Shown: one piece after another, positions 46,744 to 57,089 of the stretch
Position numbering within the stretch: position 1 is the first letter of the stretch
Layout: each line of letters starts with the position of its first letter
Origin: an uncultured Clostridia bacterium
Lineage (GTDB): Bacteria > Acidobacteriota > Aminicenantia > UBA2199
DNA length: 64,000 nt
NCBI GenBank assembly: GCA_964479735.1
Contig: CAYZNT010000018.1
Location: 3,093-67,092, forward strand
Reading direction: 5' to 3'
Made by a program: the position numbers and the translations under genes
Notes under the pieces: model-generated
Told to the model about the DNA's origin: nothing
The model's database searches: none
The model's input: the letters and a program-made list of their open reading frames with translations, nothing else

Positions 46744-48102
46744 ATGTCCGTCATCCAAGATGTCGTCGCCAAGGTCAAGTCCAAGAACCCTGGCGAACCC
46801 GAGTTTCACCAGGCCGTCGAGGAAGTGCTGAAAACCCTCGAACCCACCGTGGCCAAGCACCCCGAATTCGTCAAGGCCAAGATCTACGAGCGGATCTGCG
46901 AGCCCGACCGGGCCGTCCTGTTCCGCGTGCCGTGGGTCGACGACAAGGGCGAGGTGCAGGTCAACAAGGGATTCCGGGTGCAGTTCAACAACGCCATCGG
47001 CCCCTACAAGGGCGGCCTCCGCTTCCACCCCTCGGTCAACCTGGGCATCATCAAGTTCCTGGGCTTCGAGCAGATCTTCAAGAACTCGCTGACCACGCTG
47101 CCCATGGGCGGCGGCAAGGGCGGCTCCGACTTCGACCCCAAGGGCAAGTCGGACATGGAAGTGATGCGCTTCTGCCAGGCCTTCATGCGCGAGCTCTACC
47201 GCCACATCGGCGCCGACGTCGACGTGCCCGCCGGGGACATCGGCGTGGGCGGCCGCGAGATCGGCTTCATGTACGGCTACTACAAGAAGATCCGCAACGA
47301 GCACACCGGCGTGCTGACCGGCCGCGCCCTGGAATGGGGCGGGTCGCTCATCCGCCCGGAGGCCACCGGCTACGGCTCGGTCTACTTCGCCGCCGAGATG
47401 CTGGCCACCCGCGGCAAGGACCTGAAGGGCCTGCGCTGCGCCGTCTCCGGCTCCGGCAACGTCTACCAGTACACCGCGCAGAAGATCGACCAGCTGGGCG
47501 GCAAGGTGATCACCGTCTCCGACTCCAACGGCACCATCGTGGACGAGGAGGGCATCGACGCCAAGAAGCTGGCCTACGTCATCGACCTCAAGGAAGTCAA
47601 GCGCGGCCGCATCAAGGAGTACGCCTCGCAGTACAAGGGCGCCAAGTACTTCGAGGGCAAGAGCGTCTGGGACGTCATCAAGGAGCAGGGCCTGAAGATC
47701 GACTGCGCGTTCCCCTCGGCCACCCAGAACGAGATCAACGAGGAGCACGCCACGGCCATGGTCAAGAACGGCTGCTTCCTGGTCTCCGAGGGAGCCAACA
47801 TGCCCTCCAACCTGGCCGCCATCCACGTCTACCAGCAGAACAACGTCCTCTACGGCCCGGCCAAGGCCGCCAACGCCGGCGGCGTGGCCACCTCCGGCCT
47901 GGAAATGGCGCAGCAGAGCCAGCGCCTCTACTGGGGCCGGGAAGAGGTCGACCAGAAGCTGCACGGCATCATGAAGAGCATCCACAAGCAGTGCCTGGAC
48001 GCCGCCGAGAAGTACGCAACCAAGGGCGACTACCTGTCCGGAGCCAACATCGCCGGCTTCGTCAAGGTGGCCAAGACCATGGTGGCCTACGGCGTCGTTT
48101 GA
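46744..48102 (+). CDS. gdhA: NADP-specific glutamate dehydrogenase
   Basis: GPYKGGLRFHPSVN, FEQIFKNSLT, GGGKGGSDF, DVPAGDIGVG, RPEATGYG, SGSGNV, EGANMP, KAANAGGV. Confidence 0.97.
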   Translation: MSVIQDVVAKVKSKNPGEPEFHQAVEEVLKTLEPTVAKHPEFVKAKIYERICEPDRAVLFRVPWVDDKGEVQVNKGFRVQFNNAIGPYKGGLRFHPSVNLGIIKFLGFEQIFKNSLTTLPMGGGKGGSDFDPKGKSDMEVMRFCQAFMRELYRHIGADVDVPAGDIGVGGREIGFMYGYYKKIRNEHTGVLTGRALEWGGSLIRPEATGYGSVYFAAEMLATRGKDLKGLRCAVSGSGNVYQYTAQKIDQLGGKVITVSDSNGTIVDEEGIDAKKLAYVIDLKEVKRGRIKEYASQYKGAKYFEGKSVWDVIKEQGLKIDCAFPSATQNEINEEHATAMVKNGCFLVSEGANMPSNLAAIHVYQQNNVLYGPAKAANAGGVATSGLEMAQQSQRLYWGREEVDQKLHGIMKSIHKQCLDAAEKYATKGDYLSGANIAGFVKVAKTMVAYGVV

Positions 48103-48126
48103 TTCGAGCCTGATCCAGATTTCCCC

Positions 48127-48157
48127 GGGGGGCCGGCGACGGCCCCCCTTTTTTTTT
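48127..48157 (+). terminator. Rho-independent terminator after gdhA
   Basis: GGGGGGCCG-GCGA-CGGCCCCCC followed by T9. Confidence 0.92.
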
Positions 48158-48203
48158 CGGCCCCGCCCATGGCCGGGCGATGGGGGTTCCGGATGGGCGG
48201 CGG

Positions 48204-49307
48204 CTACCTACCGCTTCCGCATTCTTCCAGCCGCTTTCCCCACAGGGAGGCAATGAGGCGGGGGATCTCGGTGTTGTCGAGGGTGCCGGAGAACTTTTCC
48301 GCTCCCGGCCCCCGGGCCCAGAGGGGCACCATGTTGCCGGTGTGCTCCGGGGTCAGCCAGCCCGGGGTGAAGCGCGGGTGGGCGGCGCCGGGATCGAGCA
48401 CGGCCAGGCCGCCGGTCTCGTGGTCGGCCGTGACCAGGACCAGGGTGCGGCCGTCCTTCCGGGAGAAATCCAGGGCCACCCGCAGGGCCTCCTCGAGGTC
48501 GCGCATGCCGCGGAGCGAGCGCTCGATGTCGTTCTCGTGGCCGCCCTTGTCGATCAGGCAGGACTCGGCCATGAGGAAGAAACCGCGCGGGTTGCGGGAG
48601 AGGAGGGCCGCGCCGCGGGCGAGCATGGCAGCCAGCGAGGGGCCGGAGCCGTCCAGGAGGAAAAGGCCGAGCAGGCGCGGGGCGCGGCTGGCCTCCATGG
48701 CGGCGGCGTCGAGGACCACCTCGAAGCCGTTGCGGGCCGCCTCGGCGGCCACGTCGCGGCCGTCGCCGCGGAGACGCCCCGAACCGGGGACGCCGAAGTA
48801 GCGCCGCCCCGAGCCCATGGCCACCGTCAGCTTCGAGCCCGCCAGCAGAACGGCGATCTCCTCCTGCCGCCCGCGGTTGTCCAGGTGGGCGTAGAAGGCC
48901 GCCGGCGTGGCCGAGGTGACGTGGTCGGTGGTGACCACCCCGCCCGACTTGCCCAGGGAGAGGGCCAGTTCCAGGATGGTGGGCAGGACGCGCCCGGCCG
49001 GGTCGACGGCGATGAAGCCGTTGTCGGTCTTGCAGCCGGTGGCCAGCGCCGTGCCGGCTGCGGCCGAGTCGGTCACCAGCCTGTCGTGGGAGCGGGTGGT
49101 GACCAGGCCGGTGACCGGCATGGAGTCGAGCAGCAGACCGCCGGCTGCCGCCTGCCGGGCGGCGGAGACGGCGCCGACCCCCATGCCGTCGCCGATGATC
49201 AGGATGACGTTGCGCGGCCGCGCCGCGGCCGGGCCCAGGGCGACCAGGCACAGCAGCGCGGCGGCCCGGGCGGTCCACCGCTTCACCAGTCGAATCGGGT
49301 TGTCCAT
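48204..49307 (-). CDS. phoA: Secreted alkaline phosphatase (PhoA family)
   Basis: IIGDGMG, VTDSAAAGTALATG (catalytic Ser), HATPA-like TSATPAAF, IDKGGHEN, VTADHETGG. Confidence 0.9.
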   Translation of the reverse strand: MDNPIRLVKRWTARAAALLCLVALGPAAARPRNVILIIGDGMGVGAVSAARQAAAGGLLLDSMPVTGLVTTRSHDRLVTDSAAAGTALATGCKTDNGFIAVDPAGRVLPTILELALSLGKSGGVVTTDHVTSATPAAFYAHLDNRGRQEEIAVLLAGSKLTVAMGSGRRYFGVPGSGRLRGDGRDVAAEAARNGFEVVLDAAAMEASRAPRLLGLFLLDGSGPSLAAMLARGAALLSRNPRGFFLMAESCLIDKGGHENDIERSLRGMRDLEEALRVALDFSRKDGRTLVLVTADHETGGLAVLDPGAAHPRFTPGWLTPEHTGNMVPLWARGPGAEKFSGTLDNTEIPRLIASLWGKRLEECGSGR

Positions 49308-49426
49308 GGTCAGCCTCCGGACTCGAATCGTCATTGTACCAAATTTTCGGCTCCCGCGGCCACCGCCGCCCCGGCGTTGCAAACGACTTGCCGTTGGGAT
49401 ATAGTGGAGAGGCTCGGGAGGTGTTC

Positions 49427-50041
49427 ATGAGCGCGAACGAGAATCCCTTCGCCGCCCTGGAGAGGGACGAAAAAATCTACCGGCGACCGAAATTCTGGCT
49501 CGCCGCCTTCATCGCCATCGCCGGCGTGGTCCTGTTCCTGGTTTTCTACAAGACGACCGTGAAGGAAATATGGAGCGAGGACGAGGTGGCCCGCTCGGTC
49601 GAAATCGTCCCGCGCGACTCGCTCTGGGTGGACAAGAAGGGCCTGCACGGCGAGGTGATCATCGTCCCGTCCCTCACCTTCCGGGTCCGCAACCGGGGCC
49701 AGCGGCCGCTCTCCTTCCTCTGCATCGACGGCGAATTCTCCTACCAGGAGACCAAGGAGAGGATGTGGTCGGGCTATGTCGAGGTATTCAAGGGCACCCC
49801 CCTGCCCCCCGGCGGCGAGAGCGAAGACATCCAGCTGAAGTCGTGGAACGGCTACACCGCCACCTCGAAGCAGGCCTTCTTCGCCAACCTCCCGGAGTGG
49901 AAAAAGATCGAGCTGACACTGTTCGCCAAGACCCAGGGGTCGGGCTACGTGAAAGTCGGCACCTTCCCCATCCGCCAGGCGATCGCGGGCGTGACCGAGC
50001 CCGACGTCCCGGTGCCGGCGGCGGAGGGGCCGACCCGCTGA
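49427..50041 (+). CDS. Hypothetical membrane-anchored protein
   Basis: SD GGAGG, single TM (FWLAAFIAIAGVVLFLVFY), beta-rich soluble domain. Confidence 0.65.
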   Translation: MSANENPFAALERDEKIYRRPKFWLAAFIAIAGVVLFLVFYKTTVKEIWSEDEVARSVEIVPRDSLWVDKKGLHGEVIIVPSLTFRVRNRGQRPLSFLCIDGEFSYQETKERMWSGYVEVFKGTPLPPGGESEDIQLKSWNGYTATSKQAFFANLPEWKKIELTLFAKTQGSGYVKVGTFPIRQAIAGVTEPDVPVPAAEGPTR

Positions 50042-50051
50042 CGCCCGGTTC

Positions 50052-53000
50052 ATGAAGCGCCTCACCCTCAAGCTCCTCCTGGCGGCCGGCGTGCTGGTGG
50101 CCCTGGCGGCCGGCGGCAGCCTGCTGCTGCGGGAGACCGTCCAGCGCCGCTGGCTGGAGGAGGACCTGCTCGAGAAGGGTCGGCTGCTGTTCACCGCGGT
50201 CATGGAGAACCAGGACGACTCCTGGCGCATGCGGCGGCAGATCGCCCGCAACAGCACCCGGCTGTGGGCCGAGGCGCTGGGCGGCGAGCCGGACAACACC
50301 GTCACCTTCCTCCAGCAGGGCGGCATCCGGCGGCTGCAGATCGGCTCCGGCGCGGAGTCGCTGGGGTTGCTGCTGCGGCGCCCCGACACCCCCGAGGAGG
50401 GGCCGCGCCGGGTGGCCGGCGCCTATCCGCGCCTGCGAACCTACACGCAGGCCCTGGGGCGCTCCGTTTTCGACACCTATTTCATCTCCCGCGAGGGTTG
50501 GACCGCCGTCCTGCCCGCGCAATGGGCGATGGAGAACGAGCCCCGGCCGGCTCCCCCCGGCGCCGCCGCCGCGGACCCGGCCCCGAACGCCCCCCCGCCG
50601 CCGCCGTCCCCCGAACCCCGCATGTCGGGCTTCTACTACGACCGCACCCTGAAGAAATGGATGGTCAGCCTGCGCGCCCCGGTCGTCCGCGACAACCGCT
50701 CGCTGGGCGTTTCCGGGCACGACATCGCGGTCGAACAGCTGCTGGACGACATCCGCCCGGACCGCATCCTGCCCGGCACCGGGCTGTTCATCACCGACGC
50801 CGCCCTGGGCGTCATCCTGCACCCCGACCTGGCCGCCGCCTACCGCCAGCCGCCGGTCAGCGGCCGCCCCCCCGATTTCGACGCCCTGCTGCGCGACCCG
50901 GTGGCGCGGCAGGTCACCGCGGCCGCCCGCGAGCGCCCCTTCAGCGAGCGGTTCTTCTCGCGGGCCGGGAGACGCGTGCTGGCGCTCAGCCGTCGCCAGC
51001 CCGACACCGGCTGGCGCTACTTCTTCCTCATCGACGTCGCCCGCATGACCCGCGCCGGCCGGCGCGCCGCCGACGCCAGCCTGTGGCTGTTCGCCGGGGG
51101 CCTGGCCGTGCTGCTGCTGCTGGTGCTCCTGTTCCTCCATTTCTCGTTCCTGAAGCCGCTGCACGAGCTGGGCCACAGCCTGGGGCAAAGCGGCGATCGC
51201 CCGCGCGGCGCCCCGCGCCGGCGGCGCACGCCCCTCTCCGAGATCAACCGGCTGTTCGCCGCCATCGACAGCGTCTTCGTCCAGCTCCGCGACGCCGCCG
51301 ACGAGGCGCGCCAGGCCGACGAACGGACCGAGACCCTGCTGCGCACGGCCCAGTTCATCGTCGTCACCCTGGACCCGCAACTGCGGCTGACCCGCATCAA
51401 CGACTACGGCCTGAAGCGGCTCGGCCTGCCGGCGGGCGAGGCCCCGGCGCAGCGGCACGCGGCCGACTTCCTCGACCCGGCCTTCCTCGCCGACCTGCCG
51501 GCGCTGCTGGCGCAGCAGGACTCGCTCATCAACCACGAAACGCGGCTGACCCTCCCCTCCGGCGAGAAGCTGGAGGTGGAGATGTCCGTGGCCCGGACCG
51601 TCGACGGAGGAGGCCGCCCGAGCGGCTATGTCGCCGTCATCGCCGACATCACCGGGCGCAAGCGGGCCGAGACCGACCTGCGCAACCAGATCGCCTTCTC
51701 GCAGCAGGTCTTCACCTCGATCCCGGAGATGATCCTGATCGTCGACCCCCAGCTGCGGATCACCTTCATCAACAAGCAGGCCCGCGACCGTCTCCACGCC
51801 CAGGCCGTCGGCCAGCCGCTGATGCACTTCCTGCCCAAGCGATCGGTCGAGAACGGCTTCGACGAGCAGGTGCGCAACGTCATCGCCAGCGGCCCGGGCT
51901 TCAACCAGATCAACACCCTCAACCCCTTCGCGGAGGAGGAGACGTTCGTCGACCTGGTGATCGAGCCGCTGGTCAGCGGCGGACGGCGCATCGGGGCCAT
52001 CCTGCTGCTGCGCGACATCTCGGAGTGGCGCAACCTGACCGGCCAGCTGCACGCCTTGCAGGGCTTCATGCAGAAGCTGATCAACGCCTCCCCCTTCGCG
52101 GTCATCTCCGTCAACAGCGACCACGTCGTCACCACCTGGAACCAGTCGGCGGAAAAGATGCTGGGCATCTCGTTCAAGGTGGCCTTCGGCAAGAACCTGT
52201 TCGACCTGCGCCTGCCCTTCGCCCGCTACCGGGACGCCATCCACGAGGCGATGATCCTCAAGAAGACCTCCTTCCACGCCGACGAGAAGCTGATGGTCGG
52301 GGACGAGAACTTCATCGTCGCCAACCTGACGTTCTACCCCGTCACCACCGCCGAGCAGAGCGGCGTGGTCGTGCACATCGAGGACCTCTCCGAGCTGAAG
52401 CGGCTCGAGTCGTCGCTGCTGCAGGCCCAGAAGATGGAGTCGCTGGGCGTGCTGGCCAGCGGCATGATCCACGACTTCAACAACGTGCTCTCCGGCATCC
52501 TCGGCTACGCCTCGCTGCTGGACAAGAAGATCGGCACCGATCCCAAGCTGAAGAAGTACGTCACCACCATCATCAACTCCAGCGAGCGCGCCTCGAACCT
52601 GATCGGCCAGATCCTCAACTACTCGCGCAAGAAGCTGACCGAAAAGGAGATCGTCGACGTCAACGAGATCCTCAAGGAATCGATCGACTTCATCTCCTTC
52701 AACCTGCGCACCGTGCGCGTCGACCTGCAGCTGGCCGCCGGCAAGCTGCTGCTGAACGCCGACAAGACCCGGATTTCGCAGACGCTCATCAACCTCATTC
52801 TCAACGCCCGGGACGCGGTGGAGAAGACGGCCGACCCGGGCATCACCATCCGCACCGAGCTGGAGATCGTCCAGGGTCACGCCCAGCTCATCGACGGCCA
52901 GTACGTCCGGGTGACGATCCAGGACAACGGCCACGGCATCTCGCCGGAAAACCTGCAGAAGGTGTTCGAGCCGTTCTTCACCACCAAGGGCAAGGGCAAG

Positions 53001-53564
53001 GGAACCGGCCTGGGGCTGGCCATGGTGCGCGAGATCATCGTCGACTATCACGGCCACATCGACGTGGAGTCGGCGATCGGCAAGGGCACGGCGTTCCGCA
53101 TCCTGCTGCCGGCGCTCAGCCAGGACGCCCTGCAACCGGTCCTGCCGACGGCGGAAGAGGGCGCCTTGACGCCGCTGGAGGGGACGGTGCTGCTGGTGGA
53201 CGACGAGGAGGTGGTGCGCGAGATCGGCAGCGACATGCTGAAGACCATCGGCCTCGAGTGCCTGACCGCCGAAAACGGAGAGCAGGCCATGGCCGTTTTC
53301 GGCGAGCACCGCCAGCGCATCGACCTGGTCATCCTGGACATCGAGATGCCGGTCATGTCGGGCGACAAGGCCGCCCGCAAGATGCGCGAGCTCGATCCCG
53401 GCGTCCGCATCCTGATCGCCAGCGGCTACACCCGGGAGTACCTGGAAAGCAACGTGTTCCACGGCCCGATCGACCATTTCATTCCCAAGCCGTTCAAGAT
53501 CGAGCAGCTCTCCTACCAGGTGCGCCGGCTTCTGCAGGGGGGCCCCCGCGACCATGCCGTTTGA
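50052..53564 (+). CDS. Hybrid sensor histidine kinase (Cache-like, three PAS, HisKA, HATPase, receiver)
   Basis: Two TM, YYDRTLKKWMVS (Cache), PAS repeats, QAQKMESLG.LASGMIHDFNNVL, NARDA, FFTTKGKGKGTGLGL, LLVDDE..VILDIEMP. Confidence 0.93.
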   Translation: MKRLTLKLLLAAGVLVALAAGGSLLLRETVQRRWLEEDLLEKGRLLFTAVMENQDDSWRMRRQIARNSTRLWAEALGGEPDNTVTFLQQGGIRRLQIGSGAESLGLLLRRPDTPEEGPRRVAGAYPRLRTYTQALGRSVFDTYFISREGWTAVLPAQWAMENEPRPAPPGAAAADPAPNAPPPPPSPEPRMSGFYYDRTLKKWMVSLRAPVVRDNRSLGVSGHDIAVEQLLDDIRPDRILPGTGLFITDAALGVILHPDLAAAYRQPPVSGRPPDFDALLRDPVARQVTAAARERPFSERFFSRAGRRVLALSRRQPDTGWRYFFLIDVARMTRAGRRAADASLWLFAGGLAVLLLLVLLFLHFSFLKPLHELGHSLGQSGDRPRGAPRRRRTPLSEINRLFAAIDSVFVQLRDAADEARQADERTETLLRTAQFIVVTLDPQLRLTRINDYGLKRLGLPAGEAPAQRHAADFLDPAFLADLPALLAQQDSLINHETRLTLPSGEKLEVEMSVARTVDGGGRPSGYVAVIADITGRKRAETDLRNQIAFSQQVFTSIPEMILIVDPQLRITFINKQARDRLHAQAVGQPLMHFLPKRSVENGFDEQVRNVIASGPGFNQINTLNPFAEEETFVDLVIEPLVSGGRRIGAILLLRDISEWRNLTGQLHALQGFMQKLINASPFAVISVNSDHVVTTWNQSAEKMLGISFKVAFGKNLFDLRLPFARYRDAIHEAMILKKTSFHADEKLMVGDENFIVANLTFYPVTTAEQSGVVVHIEDLSELKRLESSLLQAQKMESLGVLASGMIHDFNNVLSGILGYASLLDKKIGTDPKLKKYVTTIINSSERASNLIGQILNYSRKKLTEKEIVDVNEILKESIDFISFNLRTVRVDLQLAAGKLLLNADKTRISQTLINLILNARDAVEKTADPGITIRTELEIVQGHAQLIDGQYVRVTIQDNGHGISPENLQKVFEPFFTTKGKGKGTGLGLAMVREIIVDYHGHIDVESAIGKGTAFRILLPALSQDALQPVLPTAEEGALTPLEGTVLLVDDEEVVREIGSDMLKTIGLECLTAENGEQAMAVFGEHRQRIDLVILDIEMPVMSGDKAARKMRELDPGVRILIASGYTREYLESNVFHGPIDHFIPKPFKIEQLSYQVRRLLQGGPRDHAV

Positions 53565-54339
53565 CGACTTCTACGTGCGCGTGCCGCTGGACCGGCTCGC
53601 GCGCGAGGCGGACGGCCTGGAGGCCGCCGGGCTGGCCCCGGAGATCGCCGTCGGCAACGCGGCGCTGGACGCCCTGGACCGCTCCAAGCGCCTCCGCGCC
53701 CGCAGGCTGGCGTCCCGCTTCGCCCGTCACACCCTGCACGCGCCGTTCATCGACGTCCTGCCGGGCAGCCTCGACGCCGCCGTCCGCCGCGTGGCCCTGG
53801 CCAAGATGGCCAAGACCATGGACCTGGCCGCCGACTGGGGCACCCGGCTGGTGGTCATGCACCCCAACTTCGAGCCGATCTACTACCGCCATCAGCCCGC
53901 CGCCTGGCTGGAACGCGCCGCCGATTTCTTCCAACGGCTGCTGGGGGGCGAACCCGGCGGGCCGCTCATCGCCATCGAGAACGTCGCCGACCCCGACCCG
54001 GACCTGCTCGTCCGGCTGGTGGCCGCCGTGGCCAGCCCGCGCCTCGTCCACTGCTTCGACTTCGGCCACCACCGGGTCTTCGGCCGCATATCGGTCCGCG
54101 CCTGGCTGTCGCGCCTGCAGCCCGCCGGCCACCTCCACTTCCACCTGCACGACAACGACGGCCGCGAGGACGATCACCTGCCGCTGGGCCAGGGCGACAT
54201 CGACTGGGCCGCGGCCCGCCGCCTGCTGGCCCGCCTGCCCTCCCCCTTCACGGTCACCCTCGAGCCGCACGGCGACGAGCACCGCCGGCAGACCCTCTCC
54301 TACTACCGCCGTCGCTTTCTGGGCGCCGGTTGCCCTTGA
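53554..54339 (+). CDS. Sugar-phosphate isomerase/epimerase-family TIM-barrel protein
   Basis: TLHAPF, VVMHP, IAIEN, CFDFGH, HFHLHDNDGREDDHLPLGQG, TLEPH. Confidence 0.88.
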   Translation: MPFDDFYVRVPLDRLAREADGLEAAGLAPEIAVGNAALDALDRSKRLRARRLASRFARHTLHAPFIDVLPGSLDAAVRRVALAKMAKTMDLAADWGTRLVVMHPNFEPIYYRHQPAAWLERAADFFQRLLGGEPGGPLIAIENVADPDPDLLVRLVAAVASPRLVHCFDFGHHRVFGRISVRAWLSRLQPAGHLHFHLHDNDGREDDHLPLGQGDIDWAAARRLLARLPSPFTVTLEPHGDEHRRQTLSYYRRRFLGAGCP

Positions 54340-54354
54340 TCCCGGCGACCGCGG

Positions 54355-55053
54355 CTAGGGGGAACCGCCGGCCTCCAGCCGCCCCGCCTCCAGACGGAGG
54401 TGGCGCGAGGCCAGTTGCGCGGCATGGCGCGGGTTGTGGCAGACGAGCAGCATGCCCAGGCGCCGCTCCTTCCGCAGCCCGGCCAGCAGCTCCTGGAGCC
54501 GGGCGATGGCGATCTCGTCCAGGCAGGAAAAGGGTTCGTCGAGCACCAGGAACGACGGTTCCAGCACCAGCGCCCGCGCCAGGGTGACGCGCTGCAGTTG
54601 CCCGGCCGACAGCTCGGCCGGATAGCGGGGCCGGCATTCGGGCGGGAGCCCCACCGCCTCCAGCGCCTCGCCCGCCAGCCGGAGCGCCTCCCGCCGGTCC
54701 ATCCCGGCGATGCGCAGCGGCTCGGCCGCGATGCGCTCCGCCCGGAAGCCCGGGTTGACCGCCAGGTGCGGGTTCTGGAAGACCATCTGGTTGCGGCGCA
54801 GGAAGCCGCGGCGGGGCCATCCGGCCAGCGGCCTGCCCCAATGCAGCACCTCGCCCTCGTCCGCTTGCTCCAGGCCCAGCAGCAACCGCGCCAGCGTGGA
54901 CTTGCCGGCGCCGGTGGGCCCGCACAGCGAGGTCGCCTCCCCGTCGGCCAGGACCAGGCTGACGCCCTCCAGCGCCGCCACCGTTCCCGGCCGGCCGTCG
55001 CGGCGCGGGAAGCGGCGGCTGACGCCGCGCAGTTCGAAGCGCGGAAAGGTCAT
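54355..55053 (-). CDS. ABC ATPase (DppF/OppF-like)
   Basis: GPTGAGKST, QMVFQ, LSAGQLQRV, LVLDEP, VCHN. Confidence 0.85.
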   Translation of the reverse strand: MTFPRFELRGVSRRFPRRDGRPGTVAALEGVSLVLADGEATSLCGPTGAGKSTLARLLLGLEQADEGEVLHWGRPLAGWPRRGFLRRNQMVFQNPHLAVNPGFRAERIAAEPLRIAGMDRREALRLAGEALEAVGLPPECRPRYPAELSAGQLQRVTLARALVLEPSFLVLDEPFSCLDEIAIARLQELLAGLRKERRLGMLLVCHNPRHAAQLASRHLRLEAGRLEAGGSP

Positions 55054-55769
55054 GGCCGCAGGCCGGCGCATCGCAGCAGCTCGGCCGTGTGGGGGTGACG
55101 GGGGGCGGCGAACACCTCCGCGGCCGGCCCGCGCTCGACGACGACGCCGCCGGCCATGACCTGGACGACCCGCGCCAGGCCCCTGACCAGCCGCAGGTCG
55201 TGGGACAGGACCCAGACCGCCGCCGCGACGGCGACCTCCTCCAGCAGGGCAGCCAGCGCGTCCCGCGCTTTCCCGTCGAGCCCGGCGCCGGGCTCGTCCA
55301 GAATGAGCAGGCGGGGTCGCCGGGCCAGGGCCAGGGCCAACAGCGCCCGCTGCGCCTCGCCGCCGCTCAGCTCGCGCGGGAAGGCGCGCCACAGGCGGCG
55401 CAGGTCCCGGCAGCCGAGCCGCCACAGCCAGCGGCCGGCGGCCGCGGCCAGGCGCTCTCCCCCCTCGCCCAGCTGGGCGCCGACCCGCCGCGCCGGGTTG
55501 AGGGAGGCGCCGGCGTTGGCCGGGCAGTAGAAGAGCGCGGCGCCCGGCTCGGCGATGCGGATCTCCCCGCCTGAGATGCGCAGCCCGGGCGGCAGCAGGC
55601 CGGCGACGGCGCGGGCCAGCGTGGTCTTGCCGCTCCCCGACTCGCCGACCAGGGCGGTGACGCCGCGGGAGGCGATTTCCAGGTTTACCCCGCGCAGGAC
55701 CGCCGCCTGCGGGCGGTCGGGCGGGGAAACCACCAGGCGACGCACCTCGAGCAGCGGAGAAGCGGGCAA
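55050..55769 (-). CDS. ABC ATPase (DppD/OppD-like)
   Basis: VGESGSGKTT, LSGGEAQR, LILDEP, LSHDL, PRHPHT. Confidence 0.85.
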   Translation of the reverse strand: MPASPLLEVRRLVVSPPDRPQAAVLRGVNLEIASRGVTALVGESGSGKTTLARAVAGLLPPGLRISGGEIRIAEPGAALFYCPANAGASLNPARRVGAQLGEGGERLAAAAGRWLWRLGCRDLRRLWRAFPRELSGGEAQRALLALALARRPRLLILDEPGAGLDGKARDALAALLEEVAVAAAVWVLSHDLRLVRGLARVVQVMAGGVVVERGPAAEVFAAPRHPHTAELLRCAGLRP

Positions 55770-55785
55770 GGAAAGGCGGGCGGGC

Positions 55786-56178
55786 CTAGCTGCCGGCCGG
55801 GTCGCGGGCGATGAGCTCGATCTCCACCGCCGCGCCCCGGGGCAGGCCGGCGACGGCGACCGCGGAGCGGGCCGGGTAGGGGGCGGCGAAGAACCGGGCG
55901 TACACCTCGTTGACGGCCTGGAAATCGGCCATGTCGCGAAGGAAGACGGTGGCCTTCAGCACGTCGGCCGCGCCGGCCCCGGCCGCATCCAGCACGGCCA
56001 GGGCGTTTTTCAGCGCCTGCCCGGCCTCGGCGGCGACGCCGCCGCCGACCAGCTGGCCGCTGGCCGGGTCGAGGCCGATCTGGCCGGAAAGGAACAGCAG
56101 CCCGCCGTGGTGGACGGCGTGCGAATAGGGGCCGACCGGCGCCGGCGCCGCCGGGCTGTTCAGGTTGCGCTTGCTCAT
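55786..56178 (-). CDS. ridA: RidA/YjgF-family deaminase
   Basis: APAPVGPYSHA, FLSGQIG, KATVFLRDMADFQAVNEVY, PARSAV, VEIE. Confidence 0.92.
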   Translation of the reverse strand: MSKRNLNSPAAPAPVGPYSHAVHHGGLLFLSGQIGLDPASGQLVGGGVAAEAGQALKNALAVLDAAGAGAADVLKATVFLRDMADFQAVNEVYARFFAAPYPARSAVAVAGLPRGAAVEIELIARDPAGS

Positions 56179-56215
56179 GTCTCCTCTCCTCCCCGCCCGC
56201 CGGGCGGGCGTCCGT

Positions 56216-57001
56216 TCACGCGAAGGGGCCCGGGTCGGCGGCGACCGGCGGCGGGGGCGCGCGCCGCGTGCCCGCCCTCAGCAGCAGCATGCCCAGGGCG
56301 AATCCGCCGACGTGGGCCAGCCAGGCGATGCCGGAGTCGGGCGCCAGGAAGAACTGCGACAGGAACCAGATGACCAGGAAGACCACCGCCGGCACGTCGA
56401 CGAAGGTGACGAAGATCAGGATGAACAGCAGCGAGCGCAGGCGCGCCGTCGGGTAGAGCAGCATGTAGGCGCCCATCACCCCCGACACCGCCCCGCTGGC
56501 CCCGATCACCGGCACCAGCGAATCGGTGTGGAACGCCACGTGCACCAGGCTCGAGCCGACGCCGCAGGCGAGGTAGAAGAGCAGGAAGCGCACCCGTCCC
56601 AGGTGGTCCTCCACGTTGTTGCCGAAGATCCACAGAAACAGCATGTTGCCCAGCAGGTGCATCCAGCCGCCGTGCATGAACAGGGAGCCGAACAGGGTGG
56701 GCAGCGGCGGGTCGACGCGCCCGTAGGCGATGGTCCGCCCCCAGGCGTCCACGCCGAGCGGCACCTCCACGTTGCGCAGGGTAACGATTTCGCGCGGCAC
56801 CATGCCGCCGCGGGCCACGTGGTACTGCAGGCTGGAAGGCCACCGGTAGGCGCGCATGTCGGCCGTCACCAGGGGCTGTCGCCGCCAGGCGGACGAGAGG
56901 TAGGACTGGTGGAGGAAGACGGCGACGTTGGCGACCATCAGGGCGATGGTGACGACGGCCAGGCGCCGGGTGGGATTGTAGTCCTTCAACGGGATCAGCA
57001 T
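56216..57001 (-). CDS. Rhomboid-family intramembrane serine protease
   Basis: FMHGGWMHLLGNMLFLWIFGNNVED, IGASGAVSG, AWLAHVGGF. Confidence 0.95.
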   Translation of the reverse strand: MLIPLKDYNPTRRLAVVTIALMVANVAVFLHQSYLSSAWRRQPLVTADMRAYRWPSSLQYHVARGGMVPREIVTLRNVEVPLGVDAWGRTIAYGRVDPPLPTLFGSLFMHGGWMHLLGNMLFLWIFGNNVEDHLGRVRFLLFYLACGVGSSLVHVAFHTDSLVPVIGASGAVSGVMGAYMLLYPTARLRSLLFILIFVTFVDVPAVVFLVIWFLSQFFLAPDSGIAWLAHVGGFALGMLLLRAGTRRAPPPPVAADPGPFA

Positions 57002-57089
57002 GTCCCCGCCTCTCCGCTTCCGGGCGGACGGCCATTGTACCAGCCCGCCCCGCGGATGTAAAGGAGGATCCCCGGCGGGGCCCCCGGGG

